Of a DNA stretch of 64,000 nt, positions 51,179 to 60,594 are shown one piece after another. The position numbers and the translations under genes are program-made. The notes below the pieces were generated by a model. It saw nothing but the letters and a program-made list of their open reading frames with translations. It searched no databases and was not told the origin of the DNA. How positions within the stretch are numbered: the first letter of the stretch is position 1; every line of letters starts with the position of its first letter. Source of the stretch: an uncultured Acidimicrobiia bacterium (GTDB lineage: Bacteria; Actinomycetota; Acidimicrobiia; Acidimicrobiales; AC-14). Where the stretch lies: contig CAWIIV010000012.1 of NCBI GenBank assembly GCA_963836205.1, forward strand, positions 1-64,000. Reading direction: 5' to 3'.

Positions 51179-51687
51179 GCACAGCCCAAGGGGGCGGGCA
51201 TCCGACACGGTGCCCGCCTCCCGGCGCGAACCCGGCCGACCCCGGCTTGGTCCTGGCGGACCACGGGAAGGCCGGCTGCCTTCCCGGCTCGCTGCGCTCG
51301 CTCCCATCCGCGCCGAGCGGGATTAGTTCTCGGTCCTTCGCATTCCGCAGCGCGGTGTTGCCGGCGCCCGCAACGGGCCTGGCGGCCCGGCGGTCGCGCT
51401 GAGGAGCTGCTGTAGCGGAGCCGGGGCACCCCGCTGTCAAGGCACGCTGCGGCCCTCACTCCGGCCGGCTCGTCCCCACCGCCGCCCGAGCGGCATCGAC
51501 CGATGACGTCTTCACCCGTGGGCCGAGGCGCGCTCCGGACAGGCCGGCCTGCGCTGCGGCCCTGCGCTCTGCGGCCTTGACAGCCGCCCCGTCCCCGCTG
51601 GATCGGCCGGGGTCCCGAGAGGAGCTCGGGCTCGTGAGCGAAGGAGGCTCCACCATGGCCGTCACCGAACAGACCAGCGAGCACAGC
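51104..51687 (+). repeat. ~580-bp direct repeat copy 1 (parB 3' end + hairpin element + first 11 codons)
   Basis: Highly similar to 52396-52978; internal IR gctgtcaaggc (51433) / gccttgacagc (51574). Confidence 0.92.
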
Positions 51688-52038
51688 CACCCGGCGCAGC
51701 CCGGCGCCGACGCGACACCGGCGCCGATGATGCGGGTCCTCGTGTGCGGATCACGGACGTGGACGGACGAGGCCAAGGTCGACGAGATCCTGAGGCGGGT
51801 CACCGCGGGAGCAAGCAACGTCGCGCTGGTGCAGGGCGAGACCGGAGGTGCCAACCGCGTGGCTGCCCTCATCGCAGCTCAGAGGGGTTGGACCGTCGAG
51901 CACATGTCCGCCAGTCGCCCGGACTTCGTCGTCGCCTTTCTCGACGAGCGGAATCGACCCTCGCCTGACACTCGGGAGATGGTCCGCCGGGCCCAGCGAG
52001 CGGGACTGCACGGCGTCATCGTGCGGGCGCAGTCCTGA
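51655..52038 (+). CDS. DUF2493/YspA-like SLOG protein (internally shortened)
   Basis: MRVLVCGSRTWTD..LVQGETGGA..PDFVVAF; lacks the PADW..RN segment of the 54355 paralogue. Confidence 0.75.
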   Translation: MAVTEQTSEHSHPAQPGADATPAPMMRVLVCGSRTWTDEAKVDEILRRVTAGASNVALVQGETGGANRVAALIAAQRGWTVEHMSASRPDFVVAFLDERNRPSPDTREMVRRAQRAGLHGVIVRAQS

Positions 52039-52116
52039 CTTTGGCCGCGCCCTGGTTCGCTGGCGCGACCTGGCAGCGGCGCGCCGGGAGCAACCGACGG
52101 CGGCCCTGAGTCAGCG

Positions 52117-52320
52117 TCACCCGGTCCGCCTCCGTAGCAACTTCTCAACGGCTTCCAGCGCCCAGGCCACCACGAGCCCCGCCATGCCGGCCGCGAGCAG
52201 CCACCCGGCGACGTGTCCGTCGGCGCTCTGCCACTTCGCTGCGACGCCCGCGGCCAGCCCCAACGCGAGAAGCACGATCTGCGGGATACGCAGCGCCGGT
52301 CGCATTCGCGGCGTGCTCAT
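52117..52320 (-). CDS. Small two-TM protein
   Basis: Two hydrophobic helices and basic tail. Confidence 0.4.
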   Translation of the reverse strand: MSTPRMRPALRIPQIVLLALGLAAGVAAKWQSADGHVAGWLLAAGMAGLVVAWALEAVEKLLRRRTG

Positions 52321-52395
52321 ACCCACAGAGTGGCCCCTTTTTGGCTCCCGCCCCGACGGCGTCGGCCCGCGCAGGTGATCTGCGGGCGTCAACGG

Positions 52396-52978
52396 GCCGT
52401 CATCGGCACTTTCCCGACCGGCGACGTCAACCAGTCCGACACCCACGACGTCGAGGCCAGCCAAGCCTGAGGACAGCCGAAGGGGGCGGGCACCCGACAC
52501 GGTGCCCGCCTCCAGGCGCGAACCCCGCCGACCCCGGCCTGGTCCTGGCGGACCAGCGGGAAGGCCGGCTGCCTTCCCGGCTCGCTGCGCTCGCGCCCAT
52601 CCGCGCCGAGCGGGATAGTTCTCGGTCCTTCGCATTCCGCAGCGCGGTGTTGCCGGCGCCCGCAACGGGCCTGGCGGCCCGGCGGTCGCGCTGAGGAGCT
52701 GCTGTAGCGGAGCCGGGGCACCCCGCTGTCAAGGCACGCTGCGGCCCTCACTCCGGCCGGCTCGTCCCCACCGCCGCCCGCCGGCATCCACCGATGACGT
52801 CTTCACCCCCAGGCCAAGGCGCGCTCCGGACAGGCCGGCCTGCGCTGCGGCCCTGCGCTCTGCGGCCTTGACAGCCGCCCCGTCCCCGCTGGATCGGCCG
52901 GGGTCCCGAGAGGAGCTCGGGCTCGTGAGCGAAGGAGGCTCCACCATGGCCGTCACCGAACAGACCAGCGAGCACAGC
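52396..52978 (+). repeat. ~580-bp direct repeat copy 2
   Basis: Highly similar to 51104-51687. Confidence 0.92.
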
Positions 52979-53176
52979 TGCGACGTCGAAGATCACCTAT
53001 TCGTCGGCGAGGTGTTCGAGGCACGCACGTCCAACTGGCTGATTCCCGGCGACATGGTCTGCGTCATGCACGCCTGCGCCGACCACGCCCCGACGGTGGC
53101 CGCCCACACCCGCAGCTGGTGGGAGGAGTGGCTCCGGGGCGAGGGCGCCGAGTGGGGCTACACCACCCTGAGCTGA
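52946..53176 (+). CDS. Small hypothetical protein sharing MAVTEQTSEHS start with 51655 ORF
   Basis: AAGGAGG RBS; Cys/His/Trp-rich. Confidence 0.55.
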   Translation: MAVTEQTSEHSCDVEDHLFVGEVFEARTSNWLIPGDMVCVMHACADHAPTVAAHTRSWWEEWLRGEGAEWGYTTLS

Positions 53177-53265
53177 AACCCAGGGACCGGAGGGTCGGGC
53201 GGGACCCCGGCCCTTCCGGCGCGTGGGCCGAGATCGTCTCGGCCCCGACGACCGGGAGATCTCGC

Positions 53266-53877
53266 ATGTCCAGCATCGAAGGCCCATACCAGCCCACCCT
53301 CTACCTGTGGGGCGCCAAGGGAGGCGTCGGCACCTCGACGGTGGCCGCCGTCATCGCCCTGCACGCCTCTCGCCAGCGCCCCGTCGAGCTGCGGGCCACC
53401 ACCCCCGAGCGCCTCGACGAGCTGGCAGCGCTGCTCGGCATCACCCATACCCCGGGCGCCCCCCTTATCCTCGGCGGTGATGCGTGCGAGGACACGCTCG
53501 TGGTCGTCGACGGTGGTACCGACGCCACCCTGCCGGAGGGAACGACGGCCTCCCTCCTGGTCATCCGGGCCTGCTACCTCGCCCTGCGCCGTGCGCTCCA
53601 GCGCGCCGGCCCTCGCCCGGACGGCGTCATCCTGGTGGACGAAGCGGGGCGCTCCCTCACCTCCAGGGACATCGAAGACGTCCTCGGCGTCCCGGTGCTG
53701 GCCACCTTCCCGGTGGCGCCAGCGGTCGCCAGGATGATCGACGCCGGGCTCCTGTCCGGGCGCCCGCCCCGGTTCCCGACCGACGTCGTCCTGGCCTACG
53801 CCGGGCTGTGCCCGAGCGACCCGCGCTCAGCCACGCCCCCACACGCCACCCGATCAGCCGACGAGCGAGTTTCATGA
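53266..53877 (+). CDS. Truncated ParA/MinD/CpaE-like (Ssd-like) P-loop protein
   Basis: GAKGGVGTSTVAA deviant Walker A, VVVDGG, CYLALRRA, VARMIDAGLL. Confidence 0.7.
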   Translation: MSSIEGPYQPTLYLWGAKGGVGTSTVAAVIALHASRQRPVELRATTPERLDELAALLGITHTPGAPLILGGDACEDTLVVVDGGTDATLPEGTTASLLVIRACYLALRRALQRAGPRPDGVILVDEAGRSLTSRDIEDVLGVPVLATFPVAPAVARMIDAGLLSGRPPRFPTDVVLAYAGLCPSDPRSATPPHATRSADERVS

Positions 53878-54152
53878 GCGCGCCTGCCATCGCCAGCCAG
53901 GGACCCGTCCCGCCCCCGCTCGGCAAGTGCCGATTCTGCGGCGACGCGACCTGGGCCAGGGACGGCTCCGGACCCGCCCATCCCTGCTGCGTCATCCATG
54001 CCGTCGAGAATCCCGGCCAGCCCTGCATCGCCTGCGTGGCCTCCCGCCAAGCGCGTCGGCGCCGGCACGAGATGGGCATGCACGACGAGGAGCCCGACGA
54101 GATGTGCCCGCGGTGCAGCCCTTCACCCATCGACGACCAGGTCACCACCTGA
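53874..54152 (+). CDS. Small Cys-rich zinc-finger-like protein
   Basis: CRFC, HPCC, CIAC, CPRC; ATGA overlap with upstream gene. Confidence 0.55.
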   Translation: MSAPAIASQGPVPPPLGKCRFCGDATWARDGSGPAHPCCVIHAVENPGQPCIACVASRQARRRRHEMGMHDEEPDEMCPRCSPSPIDDQVTT

Positions 54153-54251
54153 CCAGTCCCCGAGCCCCACGCCAGGAGCTTTCGCGCTCGCCTCCTCTCC
54201 CGGGGCCGTCCCGCCTCTGCTTGCCTTCCGTGCCACAGCCGCCCGGCTCGT

Positions 54252-54294
54252 GCCGTCAAGGCCCGCTGCGCTCGCCTCCGGCGTCCTTGACGGC
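54252..54294. promoter_or_regulatory. Hairpin element (putative ssDNA promoter) 5
   Basis: gccgtcaagg / ccttgacggc perfect 10-bp IR upstream of AGGAGG RBS. Confidence 0.55.
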
Positions 54295-54354
54295 GCCCGG
54301 CGCCTGCGGCCTGGTGGCGGCGAAGCGGGGACGGCCCCAGAGAGGAGGAAGACG

Positions 54355-54723
54355 ATGCGCCTGCTGGTGTGTGGATCGAGGTCCTGGACCGACGAAGCCA
54401 AGGTCGACGAGGTGCTGGAGCGTGTCACCGCCGGCCACAGCACGGTCGTCCTCATCCACGGAGATGCCCGGGGCGCGGACCGCATCGCCGCTGAGGTCGC
54501 CCGTCGCCGTGGGTGGCAGGTCGAGGCCTACCCCGCCGACTGGGACCGTCACGGGCGCCAAGCGGGCATGATCCGCAACCGGGAGATGCTGGCCACAGCC
54601 AAGCCCGATCTCGTGGTTGCGTTCCTCGACGAGCGCAGCCGGCCGTCGGTTGGGACTCGACATATGATCGACCAGGCCCGGCGGGAAGGGCTCCACGGCC
54701 TCGTCGTCAGAGCCGGCTCCTGA
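54355..54723 (+). CDS. DUF2493/YspA-like SLOG protein
   Basis: MRLLVCGSR.W, IHGDARGAD, YPADW..HG..AG..RN.EM, PDLVVAF, GT.HM. Confidence 0.85.
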   Translation: MRLLVCGSRSWTDEAKVDEVLERVTAGHSTVVLIHGDARGADRIAAEVARRRGWQVEAYPADWDRHGRQAGMIRNREMLATAKPDLVVAFLDERSRPSVGTRHMIDQARREGLHGLVVRAGS

Positions 54724-54824
54724 CCCGCCGCTCTCACCACTCCAACAGCCTGCGGCCACCGACCACGACATCCACCTCCTTGCCACCGCCGGCCATCCCG
54801 GCCCTTGTCCCCTCCGTTGCGCTC

Positions 54825-55347
54825 TCAGGCTCGGCGGTTGCGGCCGGAGCGAAGGATCCGCACGAGGCCCCAGGCCACCGCGCCGACCACCGCGACCAGC
54901 AGGACGCCCATACCGGAGATCCAGATGAGGACCAGCGCGCTGGCCTTGTCCTCGTCGCCGCTGAGGGCTTCGACGAGAACCACCAACAGGACCAGGGCGC
55001 CCAAGGCCGCGAAGATGGACAGGGCGACCAGGCCGACCACGGCCAGGACCAGCGGGGGACCGACCGCCCTCATTGCGCTGGCCGCCGCCGGACCGACCTC
55101 CTCACCCTGCCGGCGGGCGTTGACGCTGCGGGCGACGACGTAGGCCACCGCGCCCAGCACTACGAGGCCGAAATTGCCAGGACGGCGGGAGACCGACCGC
55201 CGTCATCGCGCTCGCCGCAGCCGGACCTACCTCTTCACCCCGCCGGCATGCGTTGAGGCCATGGACGACGAAGTAGGCCGCCGCGATCAGCAGCAGCAAC
55301 ACCAGCAGAACCTGGATGCTGCGCGAGCCCGCGCACGCCGACTCCAC
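54825..55347 (-). CDS. Membrane protein(s) with duplicated GEEVGPAAASAM segment, possibly frameshifted
   Basis: ORFs 55102-55347 and 54825-55160 share a repeated segment. Confidence 0.4.
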
Positions 55348-55533
55348 GCATCAGTTGCAGCGGCGGTTTCGGCGACGGCCTTCTTCACCGAGTCGGTTGC
55401 GCATCGCCTCACCTTCCGCTGAAATCGACGAGGTCGGCCCCGTTCGTGCCGGTGCCTTTCCCGGTGGAAAGGGTGAGCACTTCTGGCAGAATCTCGCCGA
55501 CGGATTCGCGCGGATCCAGAAGGCAGGGCGCTG

Positions 55534-58500
55534 ATGCGGTCGAGGCGGAGGGTGGGGCGACGAGCATCCGGTAAGGCGGGCGCGGACCGCCGGGGAGTTC
55601 TGGGCTGGACGTCGCTGGCCTTAACCGTGATGTGGCTGCTGTCTGGGCTCGTACTGCCGTCGGAGCGGGCTCTGGGAGCGCTGCACAACCCCATCCCGCT
55701 CAACCAGAACGAGGAGCCGACCTACGACTTTGTTGACGACGATGCGTTGTTCGCGTACGTGACGTCGGACACCGCCGGCGGGCGGGTGTGCATCGTGGAG
55801 GCCTCGGTCGAGGATCCCGCCAATGGGGACTGCGACAGTCCGGCGTGGGGCACGCCCAACGTGGTCGTCGGCGTCGGAAGCGTGTTCACACCGATCGAGG
55901 CCCCGACGCTCAACCCGGGCAGCTGGCGGCTGCTCACCGAGGACTCGGCATTCGATCCGACTGCGGTCAGCGAGGTGTTCACCGTGACGCCGTGCGACGA
56001 CTGCTCGCGAGAGTTGGCGCTGGCGGCCATCCAGGCGTGGAAGGACCGGGCCCGGGAGATGAAGGTGGGGTTGCAGCTCACCTGTTTCGTCTTCGCGGTG
56101 AGGGACGTCGAGGGTGCGGTCACGGGTGCGCGAGGCAAGATCAAGAAGGCGATGGCTCGCGCCGACACGTACGAGGCTGGCGACCGGGGATGGAAGGCCA
56201 CGATCGCGGCGCCGATCGGCGGCGCATTAGGCGGGGCGCTCGGTTTCACTTTCCCCACGATCGACGGTGCCATCGGTGCCGGCTCGGAAAAGGCCTTGGC
56301 CATTCTTCACGACCTGTCCTGCGCCGCCGGCGCCATGTACCACGACATCGTCGAAGATCCGCCCGATCCCGACTTCGCCACGGTGGCCGCCCCGAGGTTC
56401 GCATCGATCTTGGATACCGAGTCGGACAGCCTCGACGAACTTCTTCACGCCCTCGACCGACAGGCCGCCCAGGCGGAGGCGGCCCTGACCGCCTTCGAGC
56501 GGCTCCTCGGTGCCGAGCAGGCCGGTTCGAGCGCCGAACCGGCAGCGGTCGCCCAGGCGGCTGCGGTGGCCCAGCTGACCTTCGACCAGCTTGACGAGAT
56601 GCGAGACTCGGCCGCCGCGCTACGGGAGCACGCGGTCGACCTCGACAGGGCCGGGCTGCTCCAGGGACCGGTTGCCAGCCCGTCGGACTGGACCCTGATC
56701 GAGAACACCTACGCCCGCGTCGTCGCCCAGGGCTTCACCGCCGACGAGATCTCACAGCTCCAAGCCGCAGGTCTCACCGCGGCGGAGATGGACGATCTTC
56801 GGACCCACTTCCACATCCCGCTCGACGACGTCGACCCCGCAGTCGCGTTCACGACCATCCTGCGCCAGCTCGCCGACACCACCGAGGCCCAGATCGAGGG
56901 CTTTGACGCCTTCGCCCGGGAGGCCGCGGCGGTGTCCGCCAGGCGGGCCGCCAGCCCTCCCAACCAGCCACCGATTGCGCTGATCGAGACCGACTCCCTG
57001 ACCGTGCCGGTCGGCTCGGTGGCATTCTATTCCGCCGGTAACGATCCTGACGGATCGATTGACTCCTATAGCTGGGACTTCGGCAACGGCGAGACCAGTG
57101 ACCTCTCCTACGGGTACCCGGTTTACGCCGATCCCGGCACGTACGCGGTCACCCTCACGGTCATCGACAACGATGGCGCCACTGCGACAGCCTCGGTGAC
57201 GTTGGTCGTCTACGCGCCACCGACCGCGTCCTTCACGATTGCTCCCTCATTGGACGGCGAGGTGCCGTTCTCCGTGACGCTGGACGCGTCCGCGTCGCAG
57301 GACAGGAATGGCCAGATCACCGCCTACGCGTGGGAGCTGGGGGACGGAACCACCGCCGTCGGACCGATCGTGCACAAGACGTACGCCGTGGAAGGTCACT
57401 ACAGCATCCGGCTGGTCGTGACTGACGACGAGGGACACGTCGCTGACCTGTTCCAGGCTATTGACGCCCGGAACCCTGCGGACAACCAACGGCCGGTGGC
57501 GTCGTTCACCCACTCCGTCACCACTGCCGGGTACCCGCCCGTCCTCGACGTCGACGGGACCGGCTCGACCGATCCGGATGGCACGATCGCGCAGTACCTC
57601 TGGGACTTCGGCGACGGACACACCGGCACTGGCCCCCGCCTCAGTCATCTCTACGAGAGCTCGAGCCCGTCGGCGTACAACGTCCGCCTACGAGTGGTTG
57701 ACGACCGGGGTGCCGTGTCGGAGACGGTAATGCTGGTTCAGACGACCGCCTCGCACGAGCAGCACATCACGAGCGAGGGGCCTCTGACCGACATCGGTAC
57801 CAATCTCGCCCTGAGCTGCTATGTGACTTATGCGGGTGACAGCGCCCCCCAGTTCTTCGCCGGCTGGGCCTGCGGGACGTTCCTCTCGGTCGGCGTAGGC
57901 GAGGGTTCCACGACCTACGGAGGCCGTCCGCCGGCCGGTGGCAACTCGACCGACGTCCTTTGGTCGCCGATCAAGCTCAGCCCGGCGACCGGCAGTGGCT
58001 CCTTCCAGGATCCATATCGGATCGAGGCGGAGGCGCGAGCCGGCGATACCGGACTCCGGGTCCAGCAACGCGACAGCTACGTCGTCGGCCAGGAGAACTA
58101 CCGCACCGACCTCACTGTGGTGAACGACTCGGATCAGGTCCAAGAGGTCATCCTGTACCGGGCCGCGGACTGCTACCTCCAGGACAGTGACGCGGGCTAC
58201 GGCAGTTACTCGGAAGCGGCCGGCGCCGTGGCCTGCCGCGCCACGTCCGGCCGCATCGAGCAGTGGTACCCGCTCACCGCGGGAAGCCGGTACATGGAGG
58301 ACGGATACAACACGGTATGGGCCAGCATCGGCGCGGGCCAGGATTTCCCTAACACCATCCTCGAGGACCAGTTTCTCGACAACGGGGCCGGGCTCAGCTG
58401 GCGCTTGCAGGTCCAGCCCGGAAGCACCGCGACCGTTTCCCACCTCACCGTCTTCTCCCCGCTCGGGATCCAGCCACTCATCGCCACCGCCACCGTCGCA

Positions 58501-59952
58501 CCTTCGGTCGTGGAGTCCGGGGGCAGTGTGACCTACGAGATCGCGATCGACAACCCCAACGCCACCGAGCTCACACTCGACGGGTTGAGCGTCGTGCTGC
58601 CTCCTTCAGTGACGCCGGTCGCAGGCACCTCTGTTGGCCTGAGCACCTCCCCGCCGGTGGTCGCAGATGGCGTGGCGACGTGGGCGGGTCCGATACTCGC
58701 AGCCCCGGGTCGGTCGGTTCTCACGTTCGACGCCCTCGTGCTGGCGCCTGCCGGTACTTACACCATCGATGTCCGGGGAGCCTCCCAGGCGGCGACGGTG
58801 ATCGCCGCCGAGCAGGTCGCACCGATCACCGTCACCTCGACGGTGCCGCCGAACTCGGCCCCGACGGTCGAAGTCGGCCCCGACCGCGAGGCGGTGGAGG
58901 GTGGGGCGATCGGGCTATCGGGCACCGTTGGTGATCCCGATGGAGACGAGCTCATCCTCAGCTGGAGCTCTGTGCCCGGCTCGGACGTGGACGCCGGCGC
59001 CCGGTGTGGGTTCACCTCGACCTCGACGCCGACGACCACGATCAGCTGCGATGACGACGGCACCTTCCTGGTCACGCTCACCGTCGACGACGGGACCAGC
59101 GACCCGGTCGCGGATTCGTTCCAGCTGCACGTGACCAACGCCTCCCCCGATGTCGAGATACTCGGCCCTGCCGATGCCAATCCGGCTCGAGCCACCAAAG
59201 CCGCCGCGGCCCGTCAGGCGGTGCTCGGAGCCGAGGTGGAGGTGCGGGCCGCCATCTCCGATCCCGGCGCACACGACACGCTCGGCTGCGCCATGGCCTG
59301 GGGCGACGGCACCACGTCGAACGGCACCATCGCCGGCGGCATCTGCTCGGTGCGACACACCTTCACCGCGGCGTCGTCTCCGACCGCCACCCTCACGGTC
59401 ACCGATGACGATGGCGGCCGGACGTCGGTGGAACTGCTCTTCGTCGTCGAGCCGGCGGACCCAGGAACCACCACCACGACCCCGACAACGACGACGAGCC
59501 TGCCGACAACGACGACGAGCCCGCCGACAACGACGACGAGCCTGCCGACAACGACGACGAGCCTGCCGACAACGACGACGAGCCTGCCGACAACGACGAC
59601 GACCACCGCGGTGCCGACCACGACCACCGCGCTGACGACCACGACCACCGTGCGGACAAATTCGGGGCCGACCACCACGGTCACGAAGAGCGCCCCGCCA
59701 GCCGGGACATCGCCCCCGAGGCCCGTGCCGCCGACGAGCAGCGTGACTGCGACGACGAGCACCGTGCCTGTTGTGGCCGATCCGCCCAACCCCCCGTCTT
59801 TCGACAAAGGCCTCGCCCGCACAGGTACCGAGCCGGTGCAGTCGGCCCTAACGGCCATCCTGCTCGTAGCGCTGGGCTCCGGCTTAGTGGCGTATTGCCG
59901 GACGATGTCTGATCGCGCGTCCCGGTGGCGCCGTAGGAGGTGGGTGCGGTAG
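55534..59952 (+). CDS. Large cell-surface protein with PKD domains, Thr/Pro stalk and sortase-type anchor
   Basis: Signal peptide; YSWDFGNG / AWELGDG / LWDFGDG PKD motifs; LARTG + TM + RWRRRRWVR tail. Confidence 0.88.
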   Translation: MRSRRRVGRRASGKAGADRRGVLGWTSLALTVMWLLSGLVLPSERALGALHNPIPLNQNEEPTYDFVDDDALFAYVTSDTAGGRVCIVEASVEDPANGDCDSPAWGTPNVVVGVGSVFTPIEAPTLNPGSWRLLTEDSAFDPTAVSEVFTVTPCDDCSRELALAAIQAWKDRAREMKVGLQLTCFVFAVRDVEGAVTGARGKIKKAMARADTYEAGDRGWKATIAAPIGGALGGALGFTFPTIDGAIGAGSEKALAILHDLSCAAGAMYHDIVEDPPDPDFATVAAPRFASILDTESDSLDELLHALDRQAAQAEAALTAFERLLGAEQAGSSAEPAAVAQAAAVAQLTFDQLDEMRDSAAALREHAVDLDRAGLLQGPVASPSDWTLIENTYARVVAQGFTADEISQLQAAGLTAAEMDDLRTHFHIPLDDVDPAVAFTTILRQLADTTEAQIEGFDAFAREAAAVSARRAASPPNQPPIALIETDSLTVPVGSVAFYSAGNDPDGSIDSYSWDFGNGETSDLSYGYPVYADPGTYAVTLTVIDNDGATATASVTLVVYAPPTASFTIAPSLDGEVPFSVTLDASASQDRNGQITAYAWELGDGTTAVGPIVHKTYAVEGHYSIRLVVTDDEGHVADLFQAIDARNPADNQRPVASFTHSVTTAGYPPVLDVDGTGSTDPDGTIAQYLWDFGDGHTGTGPRLSHLYESSSPSAYNVRLRVVDDRGAVSETVMLVQTTASHEQHITSEGPLTDIGTNLALSCYVTYAGDSAPQFFAGWACGTFLSVGVGEGSTTYGGRPPAGGNSTDVLWSPIKLSPATGSGSFQDPYRIEAEARAGDTGLRVQQRDSYVVGQENYRTDLTVVNDSDQVQEVILYRAADCYLQDSDAGYGSYSEAAGAVACRATSGRIEQWYPLTAGSRYMEDGYNTVWASIGAGQDFPNTILEDQFLDNGAGLSWRLQVQPGSTATVSHLTVFSPLGIQPLIATATVAPSVVESGGSVTYEIAIDNPNATELTLDGLSVVLPPSVTPVAGTSVGLSTSPPVVADGVATWAGPILAAPGRSVLTFDALVLAPAGTYTIDVRGASQAATVIAAEQVAPITVTSTVPPNSAPTVEVGPDREAVEGGAIGLSGTVGDPDGDELILSWSSVPGSDVDAGARCGFTSTSTPTTTISCDDDGTFLVTLTVDDGTSDPVADSFQLHVTNASPDVEILGPADANPARATKAAAARQAVLGAEVEVRAAISDPGAHDTLGCAMAWGDGTTSNGTIAGGICSVRHTFTAASSPTATLTVTDDDGGRTSVELLFVVEPADPGTTTTTPTTTTSLPTTTTSPPTTTTSLPTTTTSLPTTTTSLPTTTTTTAVPTTTTALTTTTTVRTNSGPTTTVTKSAPPAGTSPPRPVPPTSSVTATTSTVPVVADPPNPPSFDKGLARTGTEPVQSALTAILLVALGSGLVAYCRTMSDRASRWRRRRWVR
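59482..59604 (+). repeat. 21-bp tandem repeat (PTTTTSL), 5 full units plus partial
   Basis: ccgacaacgacgacgagcc(t/c)g units. Confidence 0.9.
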
Positions 59953-60121
59953 ATCCCTCGCTATGAGGTACACGCGACAGCCAGTGCTCGCTACGGAACT
60001 CGTCGTCGCCCACCGGCTGTCGGTACTTCCTCCGTTGTCGAGCAGCTCGGGCTCGGGACTCGCCTGCCGCCCGCCGCGTTTTCCTTCGACAGGTACCACT
60101 CGGCTAGGGCCCTGTTGTCTC

Positions 60122-60219
60122 CGTCAGGGTCGCCCTGACGCCGTCACCTCACCGCTGGCCTCGACGTCACCGCTCGCCTCGAGCCTCGGCGTCACCGCTC
60201 GCCTCGAGCCTCGGCGTCA
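60122..60219. repeat. Hairpin plus 2 x 25-bp tandem repeat in the presumed oriT region
   Basis: cgtcaggg-tcg-ccctgacg; cgtcaccgctcgcctcgagcctcgg at 60165 and 60190. Confidence 0.7.
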
Positions 60220-60594
60220 TCACCAGCTCGGCCAACTTCCACAGCTCTGACACCATCCACCGCTTGCCTCGGCGACTGCGTGTTTGCAACTCCGCCAGCG
60301 ACCCCCTCCCGTCCTCGGGCCCGAAGCGCGCGCCAACCTCGACCGCGATTCACCGCCAGTCAGGCCGTCGCACACACCCCTACCGCTCAGGTCTCAAATG
60401 GGAAAGCCTGCGGCCTACTCCGTCGCTTCGCTCCTCCGCAGGCCTCCGGCACGCACTTGCACCAATGGTGCTAGCTTCCCCTCAAAGGTACTTCTAGACC
60501 CTAATAGGACGTGTTCAGAGCCAAAATGCCCTCAACACCATCAACTTCCTCCTGCGAGACCCTGCGGCCCCCGGCCAGCAGCTAAGCGACACCT

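Noticed and set aside
60165-60219. 25-bp repeats as a mini-CRISPR
   Set aside because: Directly tandem, no spacers, only two copies.
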